Assembly (NCBI RefSeq): GCF_006345805.1
Contig: NC_042999.1
Location: forward strand, 158,782,001 to 158,846,000
Direction of reading: 5' to 3'
Source of the DNA: Octopus sinensis
Lineage: Eukaryota
DNA length: 64,000 bases
Part shown: one piece after another, positions 39,040 to 51,932 of the stretch
Layout of the letters: each line of letters starts with the position of its first letter
How positions within the stretch are numbered: position 1 is the stretch's first letter
Translations under genes and position numbers: made by a program
The notes under the pieces: generated by a model
Databases searched by the model: none
Told to the model about the DNA's origin: nothing
Seen by the model: only the letters and a program-made list of their open reading frames with translations

Positions 39040-41960
39040 AGATAAACTGTGGTAAGAATAAATGTAATAAAAGTCATTATTGTGAATAGCTGAAGAGATT
39101 CGAAGGCATACCGGTTTCGTAAAATTACTGTTCACTGGCTTTGAATGCGCACCGATTACCGAACTGTGTAGGATCTACTAGTCCCTGAGTAAAAAGATTA
39201 TGAGTAAGGGTGCTAAGTAGTTCTGGATTTAGTGCAATTAAGGTAGATATAATACTGTAATGTGAATGATGTATGGGATCTATGGGGGAGTGTTATTAAC
39301 TGAAGGGTTAGTAGTGTTCTGTATTATGTTATGTGTTCATATTGAGTTGTGGAGGTTATTTATTGATGAAAGTTGCTTCTTTATTCATTATATTTGCTGT
39401 ACTGTGGTGTTCTGTGAACATTGATAGAAGTGGAAAATTAGGAAATTAGGATTAAGGTTCCTAGCACACCTTTCTATGTGTTCACTGGCCTGTATCTGTC
39501 TGTATTTTGGGTGGCGGATTTTTTCTTTGTGTAGAGTGGTTCTTCGACGAAATGCTATTCCTGTTTGGCCAATATACTAATTATCGCACCCAAAGCATGT
39601 AATGGTATAGATTAGGTTTTCCGAAGCACAGGTGAAATTTGATCTAATCTTAAATATTTCACCTCGTTTAAAGTGGAACTCTAAACTCTCCAAAAGGTTG
39701 GAGCATTTGCCACAGTTAGGTTGACCACATTTTTTTCACTTTTGGTTCCGTGTTTAATGGATATAGTCTTGCGCTGGTTAATATTTTTTTCAATGATTTC
39801 GGTTATATTTTGCTTTTGATAATTTTGTGTGTTCCTAAAATTTTCTTCATTATTTTACCTCCTGTGAGGATAGGTAGATTTTGGATGATAATGTTTAAGG
39901 CTTCATTGCTTCTAGGGTTATGCGTGGAGATGTATGTGAGTATTTTTAATTTAGTGTAGTATTTCGGTTGACTTTCCTTAATGTTCGTAAGTATAGCTCG
40001 TTTAATGCCATTATTTATTAATGATATTGGGTAATGTCTTTTGATTAGTATTCATCTGAGTTCAAGGAGTCTTCGTTCACGTGTATAGGTATCCGAAACT
40101 ATAGTACAGATTCTTTTCGCTAGATTATAAGGTATATTAATTATTTATGTGTTTGGGATGGCATGAGTTGAATAATAGGTATTGTTTTGAATCTGTAGGT
40201 TTATAGAAGATGTCTGTTTCGATGTGGTTCTTGACTAGTTTAATTAGGATGTCAAGAAAATGGAGTTGTTTATTGCTATGCTTCAAGGTGAATTGTATGT
40301 TGCTATTAATATTGTTGAGCATTATTTTGAAATCGATGAATTTGTCCGTGCTATCTTTCCAAAGTATAAAGCAATCGTCTAAATACCACTTCCAGTTCTC
40401 CTCTAAATATCAATGAAATGAGGTGCCATATTTTTGTAGTGATGATTGGTATATTTTGAGTCCTAGGTAACCCATTCTAGGTTTGCAATCGCTGGGGTAG
40501 CTCGGGTTCCCATTGCAATTCCACATTTTTGTCGATAGTAAACTGTATGAAACATGATGTAGTTGTTCAGTAGGATGAATTTGAGTGCTGCGATTATGAG
40601 TCTGTGGTTGATGCGTCCTGGGATCCCTTCTGAGTATTTTTCTAGCCAGAAGGTTATTGCTTCTATACCATAGTCGTGTGGGATATTGGTGTACAGGTTC
40701 ACCACATCAAATGATACTAACAGGGTTCCTTCATTTATTGTATTCGGGAGGTAGTTAAGCATGTCTAAGTCATCCCTGATGAAACTTTTCACATATTTTA
40801 GAAACGGCTTGAGTAAGATGTCGAGGAAGTTGATCAAACTGTGGGTCTGACAAGCAGGGCCAGCAATGATGTGTCTAAGTTTGAGGTCAGTATGGGGAGG
40901 AACTTTAATGCATAGGCTTGGAGAAACTTTGCAAGTTTTACAAATATGTAGATTTTTGTGTATTTTAGGTAATCCGTAGAATAGACTTGGTCTGTATTTA
41001 AAATTGGATAAATAGTCAATTTCATTTTTAGAGAGAACCTTTCTATGTATTTGAAGTAAGGAGGATAAGTTTTTTAAGTGTCTTGTGTGGGTTGTATTGT
41101 ACTATCTTCTCATAGTAAATATTGTTTTCCAACATGGGGAGTATTAAATTTTTGTAGCACTCTGTGTCCATCACCTCTACCGCACTTCCTTTATCGGCCT
41201 CTTTAATGGTGAGGTTCACATCATTTTTCACTCGATTAGGTCTTTCCATTCTTTTGCGTTAAGGTGGGATTTAATTCGCTGCTTTGGTAATGTGTTCACA
41301 AAAAGCATCAAGTGCTTTATTCCTGCCTTTTGTAGGACAGCATCCGCTTTTGTTTTTTACTATTGAGTCATCTTCGCTGGTGTATTTGTGAAGTGCTTCT
41401 GTGAGGTGTAATTTTCAGCAGAAATCCATAGGGTTATCCTTAATTTCATTTGGGTTCAATCTGTGAGGGGTTGGTTTAAACTTTAAACATCATGATAGAA
41501 TTTTAGTTTGTGTATTACTTAGAATTTTCTTTGTTAAGTTGATTATTTTCGGTTGTTCTTGTACATTTTGTTCCATTTCACATCTCTGTTTCTCTGATTT
41601 AGGTCTAAAAAATGATTGTAGTAGGTGGGTTGTTGTGAAAAGTCTGTATTGTGTTTGGTTTGCTGAGGAGAAAATGGGTGAAAAGTGTGTCTGTGTTAGT
41701 ATGTTTGTGGTGGAGTGGCTGTGTAGCGGACTGGATTTTGGTTGTACTGCGGGTTCTTATATTTTCTATGGTTGATGTGGTTTGGGTTAAATATATATTA
41801 TTATTGTAATGTGGGTGGAGGGAGAAGTTCTGTTGTCTAGTTTGGTTGTGTCTAGTTGAATGCTTGAAGTAACCACGTTGAGGGTTAAGTCTCGGGGGTA
41901 AATTCTTCCACTGATTGTGAGATGATGGGGTAGATTGGTAGGTGCATTTTCGATTTCTTC
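39040..41960 (-). mobile_element. Near-complete decayed Penelope-like retroelement (RT plus GIY-YIG)
   Basis: IKEADKGSAV, LVSFDVVNLYTNIPH, GIAMGT...P.IANL, FLDILI, DIFYKPTDSKQYL.FNSCHP, and CGKC...FTCASENLIYTITCFGC..YIGQT (about 39400-39720); stops and frameshifts. Confidence 0.92.
39098..39146 (-). ncRNA. Degenerate minimal hammerhead ribozyme at Penelope 3' end
   Basis: AUUCAAAGCCA-GUGAACA-GUAAUUUUAC-GAAACCGGUA-UGCCUUCGAAU: 11-nt stem I with two mismatches, 4-bp stem II, palindromic stem III. Confidence 0.62.
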
Positions 41961-43081
41961 ATCTTACTTACCCCTTACATTTTCACGTGTAGTTTCTATT
42001 TAGATCACTGATTAATACTGTTTCAACGAGTAAGAGACACAACGGTATTATTATTCCTTCTAAGCCAATCTTAAACTTTGTTGCCGAAGCATTGTTTTAC
42101 TCAATGTGTAATCATTTTAAATTAGGTATTTATTGATATTCATGTTAAATGTCATTACACCAAATTAACTGTAGTGTGTCATGTAGATAGTTTCTCTGAC
42201 TAATTAAGCTCAGAAATTCATTCTGAATTGTTTATAAAATTAGATGACTGACTCTATGTAATTAGTGAAGTTACGTTTTGCTTTGAAAAAGAGATAAAGA
42301 AATCTCACAACTTGCTTTATAGCTCCAGCTTTTGTTGAGCTGCTCAGAATAGTTATCGTATATTCTGGTGAAACATATGTATGGCTGATTTGTAAGAAGA
42401 CTATGGAGCATAAAGTCTAGTCACATTTAAATCATTATCTTCGAAACAATGCTTTGCTAAATTTAATATTATGTCAATACATGAGTGCATACATACACAC
42501 ACCGACATACGTATTTCACGAAAGATTTGTCAATTCTGGCAACAGAAGATGTTTCCTGATACCATTTAAGGGTTAGTAGATTTGTGTAATACAGGAGAGA
42601 GAATAGAATGCACCGGCGTTCTGGATGTTCGACATTCCATCGATTAATCCATCATTTAATTTCGTCTGCACATTGACGCTGGTTATCTACAAGCAAAAAG
42701 TATACACATTTATTTATTCATCTGTTTGTAAGGAACTGCGGAAATCATGGTATGTAGAGTAGTTATATTATTTGTACGCTGAAATGTCTAGAATAAATAC
42801 CAGGATTATTCTGCTGTCAATATAGTTGACGAAACCACTCACAAGGTAACACTGGCCTCCTCTCCAGACAAAAGAATTCGGGAATTGTTTGTACGTAATT
42901 CTTAAATTAATTTGCTTTAAACAATTTCTTTCAGATAAATAGAATACGTCTAATATAAAAATAGCATGAGATGCGAGAAAGAGAGAATAAATGTAAATAG
43001 CGGAAGAAGGTATCCTTTTACTATTGGAGATTTTATACTAGGAAAAAAATATTCCGTTAAAAAATCACAGGGAGAAATTAC

Positions 43082-43095
43082 GTTACCATGGTGAC
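43082..43095. promoter_or_regulatory. RFX X-box match
   Basis: GTTACCATGGTGAC (reverse complement GTCACCATGGTAAC) fits GTNNYYATRRNAAC; lies in unique sequence with GCGGAAG about 90 bp away. Confidence 0.4.
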
Positions 43096-44015
43096 ACACA
43101 TTTTAAGTGTTCATACAGAAAAAAGCGTTAAAACAAAGAAAATCTCACCTGTTCAATGACAAAAATATCTTCATCCATTAAGTATAAAGTGTTATTTGAT
43201 ATTCAGAACATATTACGAGTAAATACACACATACATACAAATATATATGCATACTCGCATGCACATATACATACAAATGTGCGTGCATATGTACATTCGT
43301 GGCTTTTAAGAGCAGATTTAATAACTTCATGAGAAGGAATTAATCAATTGATTGTAGTGTTAAACAGCAACCAAGAGGATTCTAAAAAGGTGGGAAAAAC
43401 TAGCTTGAAATTAGAGCAGGATACATTTGTAATGCGTGATTTAGCATGACACTGCTTCATTATACGTGTAAATCGGGTGCAACATGGAATCATTCATGTT
43501 TAACAGAGCCTAACTCACAGGTTTTATATTTTGATCGGGTTAAAGATAAAATAGACACATACTAAGCTAAAGCAACTGCAGGTCTCCCGCGAGGAAATAT
43601 CAACAAATTATGGGAATCTATTCCCACATTAAAGGAATCCATAAAAAGTACAAATATATTCGTACAGCAAAGACATACACGATATCATAAATATATTAAG
43701 ACACGAAGGCGCACACATATAAATACAACAGACACTTTTGTCCTAATATATATATATAAGATAGCACGCATGCTTATCCGTTATTTCAGTTACTCATTTA
43801 TATAGTAATAATAAGTAAAATGTGTATATATATATTATTACTTATATATATATATATATATATATATCGTTTTTGAAAAGGTTATAAGACGCAACGAAAA
43901 TTTTAGAAAAATAAATAAGTAAATGAGTAGAAACTTTACCGATGAGTGTGTTAAATAACAAGGTATTAAAAGCAAATGACTCTCCCCAGACACAATAATA
44001 TATATATATATATAT

Positions 44016-44073
<58 letters not shown>

Positions 44074-44190
44074 GATGGATAGATAGATAGATAGATAGAT
44101 AGAAAGATAGATAGATAGATGGACAGATAGATTGATAGATAGATAGGTAGATAGATAGATAGATAGATATGTATGTATATATGTGTACTT

Positions 44191-44238
<48 letters not shown>

Positions 44239-44877
44239 TTATTTTCACGGTATGTATATATGTTCATACAAATGGGCACGTAGAAAACACCGACATTACA
44301 AAGTTTAGAAGTACAACTTTTCGACAAAAACATGAAAGGCAACTGCTGCTTCAAAAAAAAAAAAAATAAACAATAATAATCCAGTACTCTTTATGTGACT
44401 TCTTTCCGGAAAGATAATAAAAGTATGGCTTTGAAGAAATCAGAAATTATATGTGACCACTAATAATTTCAGCAGCTGTGAATAACAGAGTTAATGCTGC
44501 AAATGCAAATACATATATTGAATGAGGTATTATTTCAGAGCTTATAAAACATGAGTTACTTTTGCTGCGAATATATAGCATGTTTCATTATATAACATGA
44601 ATTGCTTTCGTTATCTCAATGCGAGTAATTGTTCACGGTGTGCGTCACGTTGTGCGTCACGGCATTTCACGTTTACTTCTCATGCAGATTTGCATTCATT
44701 CCACTTGTAATTGAACTATCTTTATGCCCTGTCATCTATGCCCTGTCGGGTGTAGCAGATGTAGGGGCAGAATGAATCAGATATAATATCAAATATATTA
44801 AATGATATGTAGCAAGACCCGAATGCACACGCCGATCAAATGATTAATGATAAGGTAATCGTTTCTCTTATATTTCA

Positions 44878-45368
44878 TTTGTTTCAGTCATTGGACTGCA
44901 GCCATGCTGTGCATTGCCTTAAATGTTCTTAGTTGAACGAAGCACCCTTGCACTAGTACTTTTTTCTAAAGTCTGGTATTTATTTTATCGCTCTCTGACG
45001 CTGAACTGCTACGCTACGCGGGCGTAAGTAAACCAACTCCAGTTGCTCAAGCAGTATTGTGTGACAAATACAAAGTAACGCACATTGATATATACATACA
45101 TATAGACAAATACATACACACTCGCGCACACAAACACATACACGCGCGCGTACACTCACACATAAGCACAGACAAGCACACACATATACAACGGGCTTCT
45201 TTCAGTTGACGTCTACTAGATCCAGTCACAAGACTTTGGTCGACCCTCTAAGAGAGGACACTAGCACTATACGAAAACACACTTGCTTAAGATGCCACGT
45301 AGTATGACTGAACCCAGGACCATATGATTGGGAAATAATCTTCTTGTCGCACAGCCTCACATGCGCCT
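44878..45368 (-). mobile_element. SINE family A, diverged
   Basis: Tail at 44878, internal (CA)n, head at about 45190-45368. Confidence 0.75.
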
Positions 45369-45744
45369 ATCTGCGCCGCCTCACATCTGTCGGTTAGTTT
45401 AAAGATTGGAACTCGCTCATAAAGAATTAAACGCATTTATGAACAAGTGGTATGCTATTTTGAAACTTGAATTCTGTTGCAATTTATCTAACATTTGGGT
45501 ATTATTATAAATATCTTGCCAAGTGCTTTAGAGTTAAGGGCAAGCTCCTGGTCCGCCCTAATATTTTGTGATACTTTTTCAAAACGTATTTTCAAGGCAT
45601 GCACAGACATCCTGATTTTCATTTTACCTATATTCTATAATTAATAATCATGCATTACAGTTTTATGTTAATCATAAATTTCCTGATACGATGTTGTTGT
45701 ATCACCACCACTTATTACATAGCACTATTTATTTCACATACGAC

Positions 45745-45875
45745 GGTATTGCGAAAGGCCTGGCTGGAGGACCAACCTTGCGAGTTCTTTTACAGGACCT
45801 AGAAAAACTGAAGGACCGTTGTAATGAGCGTGTGAATTTGATAGGCGAATATGTTGTATACAATCATATTTTACT
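45745..45875 (+). pseudogene. Mariner transposase C-terminal remnant
   Basis: LEKLKDRCNERVNLIGEYV resembles the mariner GI.KL..RW.KCV...GEY end. Confidence 0.6.
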
Positions 45876-46583
45876 GTTCCTCCTGTATTTGTTTTTACTT
45901 TCTAGCACCCCCTCGTACATAGAAAATAAATATGAAAAATACAGAAAATTAATTGCCGTTTTTATTTGTCAAATTGAAAATCTCTGTAAACCGCAATCTT
46001 TAACCAACAAGCTCAGATACAAACAAAATCTACTTACAATAAATAATCATGATGTATTTTAAAGGTTTATTTAAAACTGTTCGCTTCTGCATTTATTATT
46101 TAAAAGAATCAGCTTTTTGAAACAGAATTTCGATTCTTTCTTGTTTGATTTCTGAAACGTATTCCGGTCGGTCAAAAGATTTATCTTTCCGTTCATACTT
46201 TCTGATAAGTGTCTTCGTTATGTTTTGGTTAACTTTCCATCTGTTATTTTACTCTACAATTTGCTATCGAACCTGATGAATGATCCTCATCGATTTTTCG
46301 TTGGTTATCTATGTATGTGTGATGTCCTTTTTACGGCACGTTATAAGCAGATCACGTTCAAATGAATCATGATCTTGAAGCAAATCTAATTATAAACTAT
46401 TCCGTTTCACAAAACGGATTTACAGCAACCACAACTACCATTATCACCATGACAACGACCATCATAATTACAAAAAGTACTACCGCCTCCAAAACCACCA
46501 CCGTCATCACCACCATTACGCCGTCTCCGCCGCTGCAACTACTACTACTACTACTACTGCTACTACTACTACTACTACTACTG

Positions 46584-46614
<31 letters not shown>

Positions 46615-46749
46615 CAGTAGTAACAGTAGTAGTAGTAGTAACAGTAGTAGTAGTAGTACTGCTGCTGTTGCTGTCAGTATTTTAATTGTTATATAAATTA
46701 GTTTTTTAATATCCTACACATTTTAACTTACGAACAATTATATTATATA

Positions 46750-47141
46750 CTAGCAGTATCGCCCGGCGTTGCTCGGGTTTGTAAGGGAAATAACTATATA
46801 AGCATTTTTAGAGATGTAAAGTATAATAGCCATCTCAATATGGCTAATCACAAAGGGGGGTGTTACTGTAACTTTTTACGTTCTGAGATTTAATAATAAA
46901 CTTTTAGAGAGTTACTTCCCTTATATATGCCAAAAATGCATTAAAAATGGGAAAAATTGATGGTAATTTTTTTTAAATCGTAGACTCATCGTAGACGCGC
47001 GCTAATACCCAGAAGGGCTCGATATGAATCACGACTATAAGATACCGGTTTTGGTTAAACTGCACCGCAAAATGTGGGAGTAGTTAGGAATCTAAATCGT
47101 ATGAGACAGACAGCACACAACCTCACTTTTATATATAAAGA
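46750..47141 (-). mobile_element. Non-autonomous Helitron H1 (long variant), complete
   Basis: CTAG at 46750-46753, hairpin, and TC start at 47141-47140 inserted between A and T. Confidence 0.9.
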
Positions 47142-49133
47142 TTTATGTTGCCCCAAATGCAGCGTCCTTTTCTATGCTCGCGTAGCCTGCGCAACTAAAT
47201 CTTCTTCAAGTCGCAGTCTGCCATATTAAACAGGGAACAACCCATGGGATAATACTGATCCTTACACATTGTGTGTGTAAACAAAAACTGGAATGATCAT
47301 ATCAGGAACGTGTTTCTCCGTAGATCATCTCATCGAGGTAAAGTTAGGGTAAATAACAACAGCAACAAAAATAATATCTAGTTTACAATATAATATTATA
47401 ATTCTTATTGCAAAGCGCTCAACAATGTGGAGAATTAAATGGGAAAAAGGAAAATAGGAATTATCACCTTTGCTACAAGAACATTATGAACAAAAGCAAT
47501 GGTGTAACAAACATTTATTTCAAAACATTCCTTTTATCGCGTTTTTGAATTTGGTTTGCAAGATTCTTTATGCGAGTTCGTGTGTTGAAGCATATTCTGT
47601 TGCGTCTGATTTAAAAGGTAGCAAGACGCAGCGAAAATTTTAGAAAAATAAAAATGGAATGAGTGGAAATTTTACCGGTGAGTGTGTTAAATTATAGAGC
47701 ACAAAAACAGAATGACTCTCCCCAGACACAACAGAATTCCTATTATCGTTTATGAATTTGTGGTACAAGATTCCTGATATGAAACCGTTTGTTGAAACAA
47801 ATACTGTTATACTTCGGGGTGGACACATTTTTTTTGTCAAATTAACACACGCACTATATATTCATTCTTCAGACGTATATTACTGTTTATTATCTTACGT
47901 CCATTACCAGAAATATTTCGTCCATTCCAATTGACTAAGTGCGCAGATGGATACATGTATGGGAAAGATTTGCTAAAACGGTCACAGATGATAACAATAC
48001 ATTTTTAATTTCTGTGCGATATATAAGATAGAAATATAAAATTCTATATCCATGCTTCTACAACACTAGATCATAAATTAAAATGCTCAATTCAGCTTTG
48101 ATTCGAAACTACACCATAGATTTGGCTTCTTTTGTTTAATCGTAGTGGTCTAAGACATTCAGTCATTAGAAATGGTTACAAGAGACAAGACTGAGAACAT
48201 ATCTACAGGAAAAAATCTGTAAGTGAACTGAAAGGATACAAGACAGATAATTGTAATCTTGTCGGTAAATTTCATCATTTTCCCAAATACATAGCTTCAA
48301 TTTACACATACCTTGAGAGAATTAGTGAAAATTGTCTTTCTCGCAACTTGAATGGCATTTCTAATTCCTGGACCTCTTCTATCTTTTTCGCATTTGTAGA
48401 CATTTGCTTCAGTGTACAGAAGTAGGAGTTTGAAAGTATGTTATTGTCAACTGAATTGATCAAAATTATATTCCTTCTTAATGGAAGTGTATTAATGGTG
48501 TTGTTGTACAAAATAAGATTGTGGGGGAAAGCAGTTGTAACAACTCAGTCTGACGACATATCTATGAATGATCTGACTATCTCATTAACGTCTGGCGATG
48601 AAATATACAACGACATTGGAATTGTCGATAACATGTTTTATGAGACGGCTTGTAAAATAACAATAAAAAAAGAATATGTAACTTGGGAATAATAAATGTG
48701 AACAAAAGGACATAATATTACTATCAAACCTCTGCACTAACAGCAGAGCATTAGCTTATAATGTATATTTGATACAAGCCAAAAAAAAAACCCTAATATC
48801 TAATTGTCACTAGGTGAGATCTTAACAATTGCTTATATATCCAGAAAATAGTGAATTCTACCTGCAATATCTACATCTAAATGAGGCGTTTCTATGTCGT
48901 CGCATGACTTCGCGGAAAGCGGTCATATTTTCTTCAAATCACATCGTACTCTCAATCGGCTACATACGAAAAAAGTAGTCATGAATGGGTAGCCTCTCAT
49001 TTGTTCTTTCGGACAGATATCAGTCGCTAATTTCATTTCAGAGACGATCAGGAGATTTGTGTGGCTCACATAAATGCATACTGAGAATGTGCACCTGATC
49101 TTCATTCTCCTTCGTGTTTCTCATAGCGATTGG

Positions 49134-49365
49134 CGGCGAGCTGGCAGAAATGTTAGCACGCCGGGCGAAATGCGTAGCCATATTTCGTCTGCCGTTACGT
49201 TCTGTGTTCAAATTCCGCCGAGGTTGACTTTTCCTTTCATCCTTTCGGGGTCGATTAAATAAGTACCAGTTACGCTCTGGGGTCGATATAATCGACTTAA
49301 TCAGTTTATCTGTCCTTGTTTGTTCTCTCTCTGTTTAGCTCCTAGTGGGTAGTAAAGAAATAGAT
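49134..49365 (+). mobile_element. SINE family B
   Basis: GGCGGCGAGCTGGCAGAAATGTTAGCACGCCGGGCGAAATGC head. Confidence 0.85.
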
Positions 49366-49505
49366 TGGCTCTTAAATGAAGCCAATTTGAAAGAAAAAGA
49401 AAAGGAAGCCGACGCTTATTCACAGCATGTAACTCTTCGTACGTCAAAAGTTTAGCCGATAGTCTTTCTTTTCTACATTTCAATATATCCAATTTCTGTC
49501 ATACC

Positions 49506-49539
<34 letters not shown>

Positions 49540-49721
49540 GCATGTGTGTGATTGCGTGTGTGTGTGCGTGTGCGTGTGTGTGTGAGTGCACGTGTGTGCG
49601 ATTGTGTGCGTGTGCGTATTGTCGCGTATGTACATATACATACATGCATATATATGTGTATGTATATATATGTATACATGCTTTAAAAATATGACATGTT
49701 CCGATAGGTTTCGACCAATTC

Positions 49722-50980
49722 TTGAATTCTTCCTAAGTCATGGTTTGATAAGCTGCCGCCATCATCATTGCTTAGAAACATTGCTGTAATAAATTTTCTT
49801 GCATGATGTTTCTAAACGAAACGATTATCATAAAAATTGTACATTTTGTTTATATATTGTGGTTTAGTAACGACAGGCCATGTCTAACTTAATAGCACCA
49901 CCTGATAGGATTATTCAAATCCTGTTTAAGTCAAGTTTTGTTCAAGTAGTGAGTTCTTGTTGGGTGAGTTGTATCCAATTATGGGTGGCTTATCCGGTAT
50001 TCTTTGAAGGAATCTATCCAGACTCCGTTTAAAGTTGATGGGATCCTTTTCCTCGTTGATCGCCCTCGGGACAATGTTAAATAGAGCAGGGCCTGTTGAG
50101 GAAAAGAAATTATGTTGCAGTGTACATGTATGTTGTGATCTTGAATTGAGCAGGGGACGTATGGCCCGTGGTCCCAGTCTTGGATGAACCTTGAAGCTAA
50201 TGTTAAGGTCGTTTGGGCAAAGTTGGTGGTATATTCTCCACATCGTACAAATCGTTAGGTGACGATTGAACCGTTGTGTAATTAGAGACATCTAATCTGA
50301 GACTTTGTCCTGTATCGTCTCGATCTCAAAAATCATATAAATTGAACATTGAAGCATTACATCTTGTTGGTTTTCATTATGTGAAAACCAAATATTACTT
50401 AACATCGGTAGAGATATAAATCTATACAACCGTCAAATTAAGATCGAAGTTTCGTGGCTCTGTGTAACATACACAAAGCATACTCGGTACATTGCAATGT
50501 TAGCTTTTCATTGTCATGTCTCGGAGTTCAATATATCCCACAGAATTTCTTGAACTCCATTCGTCCAGACGGTTTCTGCACAGTTTCCATTTACAAAATT
50601 ACTTGAAAAGACATTTGTCAATCCAACGATACAAAGATACTCTTGTTAAGGCTGTGACGCTGCTGGAATGAACTCTGGAAATAATGATTGTGAAGCAAAT
50701 TTCTGAAGCAAGCAACCATATATGCGCCTTAATATATAGCATTTATCAAAACCAAATGTTTTTCTGGGATTTTGTCTTTATGAGATGTTTTTTTTTTTAG
50801 ATCAATTTATCTCTTATTTGAGTTGCTTTGAATTCTTCCTAAGTCATGGTTTGATAAGCTGCCGCCATCATCATTGCTTAGAAACATTGCAGTAATAAAT
50901 TTTCTTGCATGATGTTTCTAAACGAAACGATTATCATAAAAATTGTACATTTTGTTTATATATTGTGGTTTAGTAACGAC
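49722..50980. repeat. 153-bp direct repeats (49722-49874 and 50828-50980), one mismatch
   Basis: Aligned by eye; the only difference seen is TGCTG versus TGCAG. Confidence 0.9.
49880..50700 (-). pseudogene. CR1/L2-type LINE 3' end
   Basis: NFFSSTGPALFNIVP....FKRSLDRFLQRIPDKP.I.GY...N.NSLL is the typical CR1-group C-terminus. Confidence 0.82.
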
Positions 50981-51662
50981 TATCCCTGGACATTACAGTA
51001 GTAATTTTATTGCCTAGCTTGTCTGCTGCACTATTTTCAAATTTTACAGGAATTCATGACTGACACGAATGTGCAATTCTGAGTAAATTCAATGTTCGTA
51101 AAGAACAAAGTAGATCGTTCTTTTAATAATGTCACAATACAACTGAAAATCTCAAACAATAATTCCTCGTATACCATAATATGTAAAATATATTAGATTT
51201 TTCTCCCTAGTAAAACTATTTTCTGCATCATTTGCAAACAGAGTAGCTAATGTGTATTTCATTTTGTTGAACTATAAGCCGTCTTGTATTGATTCAACTA
51301 ACATCATAGACACTCTTATATTTCATTCACTTTTTAATATGGTGACATCTTATTTTCTTGACCCGTTTGCTCAGAAGTTCTCTTAATCAGATGCTTTAAG
51401 GTCTTAACGGTAGCTTCTTACTTCTCCCTTGGGAACAAGACTCGATAATCTTTTTTATTTTGTTTTATATATGTGTGTATAATTTTCTATATGTATGTAT
51501 TTCTCGATCATGTAATCTGTCGTTTTTTCTCTCCGTCCGCCTCTCTGTCTAAATACATATGTGTGTATGTGTTTGTATGTGTGTGTGTGTAGGTTTATAT
51601 TTATATGCATAACTATATTTATAGACATGATGTATATATATGTGTATATGTATATATATACA

Positions 51663-51932
51663 TGTGGAGGCGCAATGGCCCAGTGGTTAGGGCAGCGGAC
51701 TCGCGGCCGGAGGATTTGTGTGTGTTTATTGAGTGAAAACACTGAAACGTTCGTGGCAGGGGGTGGTAACCCCTGTTGTACTCTTTCGCCCCGACTTTCT
51801 CTCAGTCTTTCTTCCTGTTTCTTGAGTAACGCTGCGATGGACTGGCGCTCCGTCCAGTTGGGGGGGGGGCACATACGCCATAAAAACCGGGAAGCCGGGC
51901 CCTTGAGCCTGGTTAGGCTTGAAAAGGGCGCA
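51663..51932 (+). mobile_element. Chimeric SINE: family C head with family D tail
   Basis: Head like 2921; tail like 3780-3880. Confidence 0.8.

Noticed and set aside
39089-39107. Plus-strand CTGAAGAG-ATT-CGAAG as a hammerhead
   Set aside because: It lacks GAAA and stems; the minus-strand fold explains the region far better.
44503-44900. snRNA gene downstream of octamer motifs
   Set aside because: No U1, U2, U4, U5 or U6-like sequence was found.
48438-48692. 84-aa plus-strand ORF with a hydrophobic N-terminus
   Set aside because: Its length is within chance expectation, its splice signals are weak, and no homology was recognised.
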